64,000 nucleotides of DNA from Scyliorhinus canicula (taxonomy: Eukaryota). The stretch spans positions 46,404,719-46,468,718 of the forward strand of contig NC_052160.1 in NCBI RefSeq assembly GCF_902713615.1. The letters are read 5' to 3'. The notes under the pieces are model-generated. The model was not told the DNA's origin, searched no databases, and was given only the letters and a program-made list of their open reading frames with translations. Position numbers and translations under genes: made by a program. This document shows positions 36,462 through 47,754 of the stretch, in pieces (the stretch's first letter is position 1; the number at the start of each line of letters is the position of its first letter).

Positions 36462-39345
36462 AGGGAGACCAACGACCTGGTAAAAAGCACCCCCCCCCCC
36501 CACGCAATTCACCACGCAAAGTTGGTCCTGTACAAGTTCAAGGTCAGATTCGGAATGTTATTCCCAGCCAGGCTCTGGACCGGGGCAAAGAATATTATTT
36601 TACTGCCCTGGCAGTGGCGGACGTGTTCATCCGTAAGAACGGTCTGGACAGGCATCAAGAGAGGCAGCAGTGAGGGAGGCAAGGAGGAGGCGAAATGAAG
36701 AAATGGACAATTTTGTGCGGGACTGCATTGCCTCGCTATGAACAGGGAAACCATAGGAGGGGATGAGGGCAGCAGAGCACAGGAGAGGGTCAGGACGAGA
36801 TAGAAGGGACATCAGCAGAGTGGGCGTAGGAGTGGTCAGATCGAGCGTGGGTGGGGGGGCCACCTCACTAGTTGAAAAGCTAGCGGCAGGGAGGGTGAGA
36901 GAGAGGAGGGCTGCAGCGCTTCTCCCACCGAGGAAAGAGTGTCTGGCAGAAGGGGGGGGGGGGGGGGGGGGGGGGAGAGAGGCAGGGGGTAGACAGAAGA
37001 GAGGGGATACGGGAGTGGGGGGGGGGGTGTTGGCAGAACGGGGAATCAAAGTCATGGGGGGGGGGGGACAAAACAACAAGTTGGGGAGGGCTCTAGATTG
37101 GCTTCAGGTTAGTATCAGAAACATGGAACAAGATGGCACCGTAAGCAGCCACTTTGGAGGGTCCCTAAACAAAGCGAAGCCCCGGAGAGCAGGGGCTCAC
37201 CCAAATGCCGAACACACAGTTGACAGCCAAGTTGGGCGGCACCTGGACAAATGGCCTCTATAAAAAAAGACCATGGCGGAACACCCTGACATAGACATCC
37301 CAACTGATCATGGGGGGGGGGGGGGAGACCTCAACTGTGTACAGGACCCACTGGTGGACAGATCAAACCCCAGATGGGGAAAACAGCAGGCATGGCTAGG
37401 GATCCTGTAATGCTTATGGAGCAGATGGGGGCAGTGGGCCCTTGGCAGTTCATGCACCCAGGTGAGAAGGAATTCTCGTTTTTCTCGCCGGTCCACAAGG
37501 TCTATACCCGTATCGACTTCTTTGTAGTGGGGAGATTGGTGCTTCCAGAAATAGACTGGAATACTCCGCAATTGTAATCTCCTACCAGGCTCCACACCAC
37601 ATGGATGTGAGGTTGATGATGGGCCCCAGCATGGAGGTTGGACACAGCCCTCTTGGCTGACAAGGTATTCTGCCAGAAAATATCACAGGCCACAAGCGAG
37701 TACGTTACGAACAACCGGAAGGGGGGAGTCTCGCCTTCCACATTCTGGGAGGCACTGAAGGCTGTGATGAGGGGAGAGATTATCGCCTACAAGGCTCGTA
37801 GAGACAGGTAAGAGAGGGAAGTTAGGCAACAACTGATTGACTCCATCCTGGAGGTCGACAGAAGGCACTCCGAGGCCCCAACTGTAGAGCTGGTGCGGAG
37901 GAAAAAGGTGCAAATGGACATTAACCTGCTATCCACCAGGAAAGAAGTGCACCAACTCTGCCAGACACGAGGGACCTTTCATGAGCATGGAGACAAGGCG
38001 AGCCATCTGCTGGCTCACCAGATGGGACAACAGGCAGCCAGCCTCGAGGGAAATAACCCAGGACAGCAGAGGCAGACTGGTAGGTGAACCAAAAAATGTC
38101 AACAAAGCATTTGGGGCCTTCTGCCAGGAGCTTGGGGAAGAATCATTTCCTCGATGGACTGGACATGCCAGTCGAGGGGGCTGGAAGCACCACTAGGACT
38201 GGAGAGGTCATGGAGAGCAACTCCATGCAGGAGGGGAAGGCGCCAGGACCCTACGGGTCCCTGGCGGACTTCTACAAAAGATGCGCAATGGCAGTGGTCC
38301 CTTACCTGCGGGAAATATTCACAGACTCGTTAGCGAGGGGCACCCTGCCTCCAACGCTAACACAGGCCACCATCTCGCTGATTCCCAAAAGGACAAAGAC
38401 CCAAAGGAGTGCGGATCATACAGACCCATTTCACTGCTCAATGTGGATGTGAAAAGACTCGCAAAAGTCCTGGCCAAGCGGCTGTGGAACTGCATACCAG
38501 AGGTGGTTGCAGAAGACCAGACGGGCTTTGTTAAGGTTAGACAGCTAGTGCGAACATCAGGCACCTGCTGAATGTGATAATGACCTCATCCGGGGAGAGA
38601 ACACCAGAGGTGATCGTCACTCTGGACGAAGAAAAGGCGTTTGACAGAGTTGAGTGGAAATACCTCATTGAGGTACTAGAGCAGTTTGGACTCGGGACAG
38701 GGCTCGGAGCCTTCTCAGGCTACAAACCTAACTTGGGCAAAAGCGAGCTGGAGGGTCTACCGTTTAAAATAGTCCAAAACAAATTCCGCTACCTGGGGAT
38801 CCAGATTGCTTACCACTGGACACGGCTCCACATTTGGGAACCTGACAAGTCAGGTGGAGGAAGTTAAAAGGGACCTGCTGAGATGGGGTGCACTCCCGCT
38901 TTCACAGGTGGGGTGGGTGCAGACGATCAAGATGAATATACTGCCCAGGTTCCTCTTCCTGTTTAGATACATACTGATCTACATACCCAAGGCCTTTTTC
39001 CATTCAATAGACAAGACAATTATGGCATTTGTGTGGGAAGGGGGAACAATCCAAGAATTCCCAAAACATTACTACAAAGGAAAAGAAAAATGGGGGTCCT
39101 GGCCCTCCCGAACTTGCAATGCTACCACAGGGCAGCCACAGCAGAAAGAGTGAGGAGATGGTTGAAGGACCCAGACACGGAATAGTGAATGTGGAGGAGT
39201 CCTCCTGTACAGGAACAACCCTCCAGGTCTGCGCCACGGCAGTGCTCCCATCCCCGCCAACAACACACTCAACAAGCCCAATGGTGGTAGCGACACTGAG
39301 AACTTGGAACCAGATGAGGCAACATTTTGGTCTGACCGAAGGGTC

Positions 39346-41377
39346 TGTGGTGAATGTATAAATACTGTTAATTCACCAGTATACTGTATTACGCTGTACC
39401 ATGTTATTAACCCTGTGGGCTCAATCTATGGGCCATTGTGTGGCTTCACCCACAGGGGGAGATGTTGGAGCTTGTACGGGCTCCGCACATGGCTCCGCCC
39501 TTTAGAGGAAGTATAAGAGCAGAAGACCTGGGGGACCGCCTTCAGGATTGTACCGGTCGCAGGCAGGCAAATTGTAAGTTAATTAAAACCACTGTTTACT
39601 TCGACACGTGTCTTCGAGTGAATTGATGGTCGCATCAATTTAATCAACTTAAAGAAGTACTATGGAGTCAGCCCTCAAACCTGACAGACTGGAGCTCGAT
39701 CCACAGGCCGCGGAGGCGAAAGAAATTTTTTCACATTGGCTTCGGTGTTTCAAGGCCTACCTTGCCGCATCGTCGACGTCATCCGTCACGGATGAACAGA
39801 AATTGAGTCTCCTCCACGCACGGGTGAGCCATCGCATTTCTGCCCAGCTCGACGAAGCCACCTCCTATACAGAGGCCCTCGCAATACTTGAACGCATCTA
39901 TGTGCGGACTGTGAACGAGGTCTACGCGTGACATATCTTCACCACTCACCGCTAGCGCCCCGGGGAGTCGCTGGATGACTATCTGCGCGACCTCAAAGCC
40001 CTCGCACGCAACTGTAACTATCAGGCCGTTACGGCCACTCAGCACATGGAGCTCGCCGTCCGAGACGTTTACGTTGCGGGTCAGATCGAACTATGTGAGG
40101 CAGCGCCTGCTCGAAAAAGGGGCCCAGGACCTGGAGGACATGGTAAAACTGGCAACCTCGCTGGAGGTCGCTTTTTAGAGTCTCACTGCGTTCCCGCCGA
40201 CCACGCAACTCCCTCGTGGGCCCCCGACCAGAGACAACCCTAGGCCTGTGCTGCGCGGCCGCCCGCTCATCATGGGGGGCTACCTTGCTATTTTTGCAGC
40301 CAGCCTCAACACCCCCGGCAACACTGCCCGGACCGCAACGCGAACCGCAGCAGCTGCGGGCGAAAAGGACATTTCGCCAAGGTCTGCCTGGCCAAGCCTA
40401 AACACTCAAACTCACAGACCCGATCACAGACCTGACAGACTGGAGCTCGATCCACAGGCCGCGGAGGCGAAAGAAATTTTTTCACATTGGCTTCGGTGTT
40501 TCAAGGCCTACCTTGCCGCATCGTCGACGTCATCGACTCTCAGGCCTGCAGACCCCATAATGTGGCAGCGTGTCTGCTGACTCCGACTCCACACAACACG
40601 TGCGACTCATGGGGCCACCATCTTGGCCACCCTCCCCCATACGCCCGGCCACGTGCGATCCATGGGGGCCATCATCTTGGGTGCCATCTTCCTCACTGCC
40701 CACCATGCTCGATCAACGGGGGCCGCCATCTTGGCCACCATCACGCTACTCGATGCGTACGACCTGCACGGACAGTCATCGCGGGGCTGCCCCAGCACCG
40801 CCGATCATGCTGCCGCCTACCCTCAACTCAGTGCAGTCATCTTGGACCAGTCGCGACCCAAACACCTCAGGAGCTTCGCAGGCACACCAGTCCGCAGGAA
40901 TGAAGCTCCGGAAGAGCCGCCCCCAGAGTCCACCCCTGGGCCCGCACCGGACCCACTTCCACAGCCACCCGAAACGGCTGCGACACCAGTGCTTCGACGG
41001 TCGCAAAGTACGATCCGGGCGCCGGACCGACTGGATGTGTGAACCCGTCACCCCTGCCGGTCTTAATTTTTTTTACAGGGGTGAATGTGGTGAATGTATA
41101 AAGACTGTTAATTCATCAATATACTGTATTACGTTATACTATGTTAATAACCCTGTTAGCTCCATCTATGGGCCATTGTGTGGCTTCACCCACAGGGGAG
41201 ATGTTGGAGCATGTACGGGCTCCGCCCATGGCTCCGCCCTTTAGAGGAAGTATAAGTGCAGCAGACCTGCAGGACCGCCTTCAGTATTGTACCGGTCGCA
41301 GGCAGGCAAAGTTGTAAGTTGATTAAAACCACTGTTTACTTCGACACGTGTCTTCGAGTGAATTGATGGTTGCATCA
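39346..41377 (+). mobile_element. Non-autonomous Gypsy-type LTR retrotransposon
   Basis: 292-bp LTRs 39346-39637 and 41086-41377 (TG...CA); PPT aggggtgaa; TSD gggtc/gtgtc; disrupted gag with two CCHC knuckles at ~40286-40388; pol almost wholly deleted. Confidence 0.93.
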
Positions 41378-41567
41378 GTGTCCATCATGTCCACCATCTG
41401 CGGCAACCATAGGTTTGCACCAGCCATGCTCGATGCCACCTTGAAGAGCAGAAGACAGGACGGGCGGGGGACACTGACGATTGGGGACCAGGAGTCAGAC
41501 TAGCGATCTTAGAGAAGCTGACAGAGAGACTGGATCTACCAAATGGAAATGAACTTTGACATCTGCA

Positions 41568-41803
41568 GGGCAGCACGGTGGCACAGTGGGTTCGCCCTGC
41601 AGCCTCACGGCGCTGAGGTCCCAGGTTCGCTCCCGGCTCTGGGTCACTGTCCGTGTGGAGTTTGCACATTCTCCCCGTGTTTGCGTGGGTTTCGTCCCCA
41701 CAACCCAAAGATGTGCAGGGTAGGTGGATTGGCCACTCTAAATTGCCCCTTAATTGAAAAAATTTAATTGGGTACTCTAAATTTATAAAAACAAAAAAAA
41801 CTC
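41568..41803 (+). mobile_element. Short poly(A) V-SINE
   Basis: TSD ttgacatctgcagg at 41556-41569 and 41804-41817. Confidence 0.9.
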
Positions 41804-42834
41804 TTGACATCTGCAGGTCAAAACTATTCACCGCAAGGAGACAACTACATACCTACGAATCCCGAGAAGCACAATCTCGAGGAGTTACTGGACGTGGACA
41901 GTCTGGGGAAGGGAAACTGTGGGGACCTGTACGGACAACTCTTAGAAAGGACACCCTCCCCACTAGGCGAGACACGGGAAAAATGGGAGGAAGAGCAAGG
42001 GACGGAAATAGGGTGGGGACTCTGGAGTGAAGCACTATGCAGGGCCAATCCACCTCCTCAATGCACAAGGCTAAGCCTCATGCAGCTGAACGTGGTGCAC
42101 AGAGCACACCTGACAAGAACCCGAATGAACAGGTTCTTCTTGGTTGGAGGACACATTTGAATGGTGCCGAAGAGGATGTCCAACCATGCCCACATGTTCT
42201 GGATTGCCTCACACTTTTTGGGTTCTGGATATTCTTCTTTGAGGCAATGTCCAAGGTTGTGGAGCCGTGCTCAAGAGTGGCAGTCTTTGGTGTATCGGAC
42301 CAGCCTAAAACTATTCATAGAGAAGGGGGCTGATGCCCCAGCCTTTGTTTTCCTAATGGCCCGCCGGAGAATCCTGCTCGGCTGGCGATCAGCAACAGAT
42401 TGGCTGGCAGACCGATCAAGTTTCTCCACCTGGAGAAGATCAAGTTCGCTATCCGAGGGTCAGAGGATGGCTTCCACAAAGCGTGGAGGCCATTCACAAA
42501 CTTGTTCCAAGACCTTTTTGAAGGAAACAGCCAATAGAGCAGGGGGAGGGGAAAGCACGGGAGCCAACGGGACCGCAGGGAGCTGACAGGAAAGGGAGGA
42601 GGCGGAAGGGGGGAGGCTAGGGCAAATGTATTGTGTATAATATATCAAAACTTCAATAAAAACTTTAAAAAAAAAGATTTCAGCTTGTTAAGATTATGTT
42701 GTTGCTGGATGCAGCTAAAGTATAAGGCATTTTGCAGAAAGCGGGTCAGTTCTGAGTTGAATGAAGCTGTGTCCTGAAGTCAAACAGGTTGCTCTCTGTA
42801 GTTTAGTTAAAAGTGATCAACAGTCTTTGAAGCA

Positions 42835-45309
42835 ATAAAGGCGGTGGTTAAGTTGGCAGTAATGGAGGCGCTGGCCACCATGCAGGTGGCCCTCGATAAA
42901 ATGGGAAAGAGATTAGAGGCCCAGGGGAACACCATAAAGGAACTGGAGAAAGTGTCATCGCCCTGGAGGCTGAAATGAAGAGGTTGGTGGTGACTCAGGG
43001 GAACCTGAAAGGGAAGGTGGAGGACCAAGAAAATGGTTGAGATGCCAGAACATTAGGATAGTGAGCCTGCTAGAAGGAATCGAGGGCAGTGATCCAACTG
43101 ACTACGTGGCTCAGATGCTGAGGAACCTACTGGGGAGAGACAGATTTCCCAAGCCACCGGAGATCGACAGGGCCTATAGATTACTTCTGCTGAAACCGAA
43201 GGTGGGGGAGCAGCCGAGAGGAATCATAGCCACCAGAACCAGGACCGTGAAAAAAATCCTTTGCTTTCCAAGCAAACAAAAACCGGTATTACAGGTTATC
43301 AGGACACTGGGGAACACCTGGCAAAGTGCTGGGCAGAATTTAACAGGGGTGAAGTTGGCCCTCTACAAGTACAATATTAAGTTTGGGATGCTGTCCCCAG
43401 CCAGGCTCTGGGTAACGTACCAGAACAGAGAACATTATTTTCCTGCCCCTGCAGATGTGGACGAGTTCCTCCAAAAGAAAGGACTGGATAAGCAACAAGG
43501 GAGGCAGCGATGAGGTGGATACAGAGGAGGCAGAGAAAACTAATGAACAATTTGTCTGGGACTGCACGCCTTTTTCTGAACTGTGGAACTAGTTCGCAGA
43601 AAAGAGGCAGCAAGTGCAGGAGAAGGCGGGAAGGAAACAGAAAGGAAATCAACTATAGCAGGCATAGGAGAGGGTCAATCCGAACCCAGGAGGGAGGCCA
43701 CCACACTAGCGTAAAAGCTTACGCCAGGAGCTATGAGTGAGGGGGAGTCCACGGCGCATCGGCCACTGGGGAGAGAGCGGGGGGGGGGGGGCACATCACC
43801 AAGTGGGGAGAAATTAGGGGGCAGGTGGGAGGGGAGAATAGAGGTGGAGGCAACAGTGGGATGGGGGTAGCAGAAGGGGGTGGGGAAAAAACGGCTGGGG
43901 GAACAAAATGGTGGGTGACGAACGGGGGGGGTGGTGGAAGTGGAGGGCTCTAAACTGGCTTCAACAAGTTACTTGTGGAAACATGGAACAAGATGGCACT
44001 GCAAGCAGCCACTTTGGAGGGTCACTGAACAAGGGGATACCCTGGAGTGCAGGGGCTCACCCACATGGTGTACACACAGTTGACGGCCATATTGGGTGGC
44101 CCCTGGACCAAGGGAAACCCCAGAGCGTAGGGGCCCGGCCTTATGGTGAATACAGTGACCGTGGCAATTTTGGATGGCCCCCTAACAATGGAAACCCAGG
44201 AGTGCTGGGCGCATCCAAAAGACACGTATGGTTGATCCCGGGGGAGGGGGATGACAAAAAACCCCATCAGAATAGTTACTTGTAACGTCAAGTGATTTAA
44301 CAGTCCAGTGAAAAGATTCAGAGTCTTCGTCCATTTGAAAAGTACGATCTGCAGGTAAAATAGGGATAGGTGGGACAAACCTACCATTCGTGTTATGGGA
44401 CCAGATCCTGAAAGTGGCAATCTTCGGGGTATCAGACCAGCCAGAACTACTTATGGGGAAGGGGGCTACGCCCTTGCCTTTGCTTCCCTAATCACCCGCC
44501 AAAGAGTCCTGCTGAGCTGGCGATCAGCAGCACCACCCAAATTTGCAGACTGGCTGGTAGACCTGTCAGAATTTCCCCACCTGGGAAAATCAAATTCACC
44601 ATCCGAAGGTCAGACGAGGGCTTCCACAAGACATGGAAGCCATTCACAAACTTGTTCCAGGACCTGTTTGAAGCCAACAGCCAATAAAGCGAGGGAGGGG
44701 GGCACAATGGGCCCAACAAGACACAAGGAAACAGGAAGAGGGAGAAAGGGGGGAGGGGGGATTGGGATCAGACGATATCGACAATGGAGGACCAAGAACA
44801 CAGCCACAAAGACAGGGTTCTCCAGCAGAGACAAAGGGCCCAGGACAAAATAGGGACTGGCCAAGGTTGAACTGCCCGGTACACCCCCCCCCCCCCCCCC
44901 CCCCGTGTCCCGTCCCAGCCTTCGCAACCCCCGGGCGGAAAAGTCCATATGAACCGGCAGACTAATGGAGCCAGTTACAGGGCCTAGCACACGGCCGGGG
45001 AGGGTACAAGCAAATAAGACAAAAAAGACCAACACCCTAAAGGAACATCTAAAACAAGGGGGAGTGGGAGGAGAGAGGGAGGGCGGGGCCAATCGACAGA
45101 GGGAAGCGGGGAAGGGGGAAAGAACGATACATGACCATCACCTTTTGTAAACTATTCCAATAAAATTTTTTAAAATAACAAAAGAGGAAAGGGGTTGGGT
45201 TTTGGGGGTTATTTCTAATGTTTGGCTTTTGTAAATTGTACCTGGTCTACACAGATCTGTTTGTTTTGTATTGTATAAAATGAAATACCTTAATAAAACA
45301 TTTGAAAAA
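42835..45309 (+). mobile_element. L1/Tx1 derivative keeping ORF1 but lacking nearly all of ORF2
   Basis: ORF1 (RCQNIRIVSLLEGIEG...KFGMLSPARLWV); ORF2 start at ~44263 joined to its C-terminus; TSD agtcttt(g/a)aagca at 42822-42834 and 45310-45322. Confidence 0.8.
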
Positions 45310-45404
45310 AGTCTTTAAAGCATGTAAATTTGTCTGAGAACAAGGGGGAGCTGAAACAAGCCAAGAAGCATTTTCTGAAGAAATAGCTAGAATTTAATAA
45401 TAAA

Positions 45405-45716
45405 TACTAACAATAATAATCTTTATTGTCACAAGTAGGCTTACATTATCACTGCGATAAAGTTACTGTGAAAAGCCCCTAGTCTTCACATTCCAGTACC
45501 TGTATTGGTACACGGGGGGAGAATTCAGAATGTCAAATTCACCTAACAAGCACATCTTTCGGGACTTATGGGAAGAAACTGGAGCGCCTGGAGGAAACCC
45601 ACGCAGACAGGGGAGACGGGGAGAATGTGCAGACTCTGCAGTGACCCAAGCCGGGAATCGAACCTGGGACCCTGGCGCTGTGAAGCAACAGTGTTAACCA
45701 CTGTGCTACCAAGTTG
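45405..45716 (-). mobile_element. V-SINE with (att)n-ending tail
   Basis: Head, V-domain, tail ending gtgacaataaagattattatt. Confidence 0.85.
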
Positions 45717-46070
45717 TCCTTCTATGAACTTACTTATCATACTACCCACAGTCCTGACTCTGTTTGGATCATTAATGTGCACGACAAACAGCAAGGGACT
45801 CAGCACCGGCCCCTGCAATAGACCACTGGACACAGGCTTCCAGTCACAAAAACAACCTTTGACCAACAGCCTCTGCCTCCAAGCTAATTTTCGATCCAAT
45901 TAGGTGGGCCTATTGGCTTCTTTCCATCAGTTACATCCTCGTGGACAACACTCTTGAGGCCTTCCGTGCCGGTAGGCACCGTAGGGGGTTGGATTGCCTT
46001 ATTGACCCCTCTTTTCACATTATGATTTGATACTGTTAAATTTCCATTCTTTGTTATTTTGTTATTTAAT

Positions 46071-46185
46071 TCACAGGAGGAAGGAGCAGTGCTCCAAAAG
46101 CTGGTGTTTGAAACAAACCTTTTGGACTTTAACCTGACTTCTTACTGTGCTCACCCCAGTCCAACGCCGGCATCTCCACATCATT
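46071..46185 (+). mobile_element. Penelope-like terminal repeat fragment
   Basis: Same sequence family as 23033-23127; carries the ggagc-agt-gctcc hairpin of a decayed hammerhead. Confidence 0.7.
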
Positions 46186-46269
46186 GTTATTTTTGGGGCG
46201 TGCCCCCTTTTAATTTGTCCCTGAGGTTTGTTTCTTTTATTATATCGATTTGTTTGGACCCAAAAGGAT

Positions 46270-46620
46270 CAATCCTAGTGGGCGGAAACAGAAATGTACA
46301 TATTAGGATAATTACGGTATTTTTTTTCTGGCGCCTCTAATAGGAGAGCGGTGGGAGGTTGGCGCGCCGCCGGGAGGTCTCGCGAGTTTGGAGAGTCTGT
46401 GAGGAGGGAGATCCAAGCGGCGAGCGGCAGGTGGACAGGCGGCAGGTAAACAATACAGGCCGCGGCCACGAGCGGTACCTGCAGTCACAGGAGCAGCTCC
46501 GGGAGGGCGGCATTTTTCTCTGGGCGTATGTTTGTGGCTTGTCTGAGGTAAAACTGGTCACGCTGGCTGAGCGGCTGCCGAGTGTAGGCGCGGGACCAAC
46601 CCTCAGCCCAGCCGGTTGGT
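46270..46620 (+). promoter_or_regulatory. MAD1L1: CpG-rich MAD1L1 promoter and non-coding first exon
   Basis: Non-repetitive CpG-dense patch; GGGCGGAAA at ~46280; TCTCGCGAG at 46378; candidate donors CAG|gtaaac (46445/6) and GAG|gtaaaa (46547/8). Confidence 0.65.
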
Positions 46621-47102
46621 CCTCAGTGCCCCGCTTCTGTCCTTCAGAAGGATCACTGAATTGTAGATCCTGTCTGACTGTTTCTCGCCTGTCTTCTCGT
46701 TCACTGATCGATCGGATCCGCTAGCTCAGGCCATCAAGGGTCGTGTCCTCTCGGCAACGACTTGTTCGCCAACTGAGCAACGGGACAATTTTTTGTCGTT
46801 GCAGGAAAGTGTGTAATACAAGATTTTGTCTCGTGACAATGTTCAGAAAAATCAGTCATTTGCCGCACAGGACGAGAAGTTAGTCGAAAGGCTTCATTTG
46901 TGACTTGTGGAGTAACCCAGTCAGAGACCAAGGGACTAACAGATTGGATTTTGTTGCGTGTCGCGTTGTCTGGTCAGAATTGGGAGAGCGAGTAGATGCT
47001 TCAGACTGTCTCTCGGTTATGCCGTGGCTTCTTGCTTCTGATTCTTATATAGCAACCCCTGCTGGACGCTCAAATGTTGTTGGGTGACAAGAGCTGCAAT
47101 TT

Positions 47103-47460
47103 ATTTTCTTTAATATAAACTATTCTTTATTGAGGCATTTTTGGCATAGTAAACATCAACAGTACAGAACGTGTGCAAAGAACAATAAACATAGTGCAAA
47201 AACCGGCTCCCATTCCACAAGGACTCGCCTAATTAACCCCCTAATCTATGTTACTCTAACCCCCCCCCCCCGGGCTGACGATTAGTTTTCCGCGAAGAAG
47301 TCGATAAATAGTTGCCACCTCCGGGCGAACCCTGACAGTGACCCTCTCAGGGCGAACTTAATTTTTTTCTCCAGACCGAGAAAGCTTGCCATGTCTGATA
47401 GCTAGACCTCCGACTTCGGGAGCTTTGAGTCCCTCCATGCCAGCAGTATTCGTCGCCGGG
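47103..47460 (-). mobile_element. L1/Tx1 3' fragment
   Basis: Homologous to 25385-25730; TSD aagagc(t/a)gcaattt at 47089-47102 and 47461-47474. Confidence 0.85.
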
Positions 47461-47754
47461 AAGAGCAGCAATTTTAACTGAGTGTGTTTGGTTGAATGGG
47501 CTGTGAACGATGAGAGGAACGCCCCCTTGGAAGAAGTACTGATACACGAACCACTGCCACTCAAGATATAGCTTAGCAAGCAGTTTTTTTTCAGAAAGCA
47601 TAAAAGCTTGCATTTATCTAGCGTTTTTCACGACTGAAGTACAGCTATTGTAAACCAATTTGCTCACAGTGAACTACCACAAACAGCAGCAATATGGTAG
47701 TGACCTTGGTAACCTGTTTCTGTGGTGCTGATCCGAGGAAGAAACATTGACGAG

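Larger units (their letters stand above)
36162..42674 (+). mobile_element. L1/Tx1-clade LINE with both ends and multiple internal deletions; hosts an LTR element and a SINE
   Basis: 5' end, ORF1 C-terminus (KFKVRFGMLFPARLW), endonuclease (YTRIDFF), RT fragments, A tail; 13-bp TSD agatttcagcttg at 36149-36161 and 42675-42687. Confidence 0.88.

Noticed and set aside
36763-37263. Gly/Arg-rich 166-aa ORF and poly-G tracts
   Set aside because: G-rich L1 inter-ORF spacer; homopolymer lengths are unreliable
40570-41244. 224-aa ORF and CRISPR-like spaced repeats
   Set aside because: The ORF runs off-frame through LTR-element repeats into the LTR; the repeats are three degenerate tandem units in eukaryotic TE DNA with no cas genes
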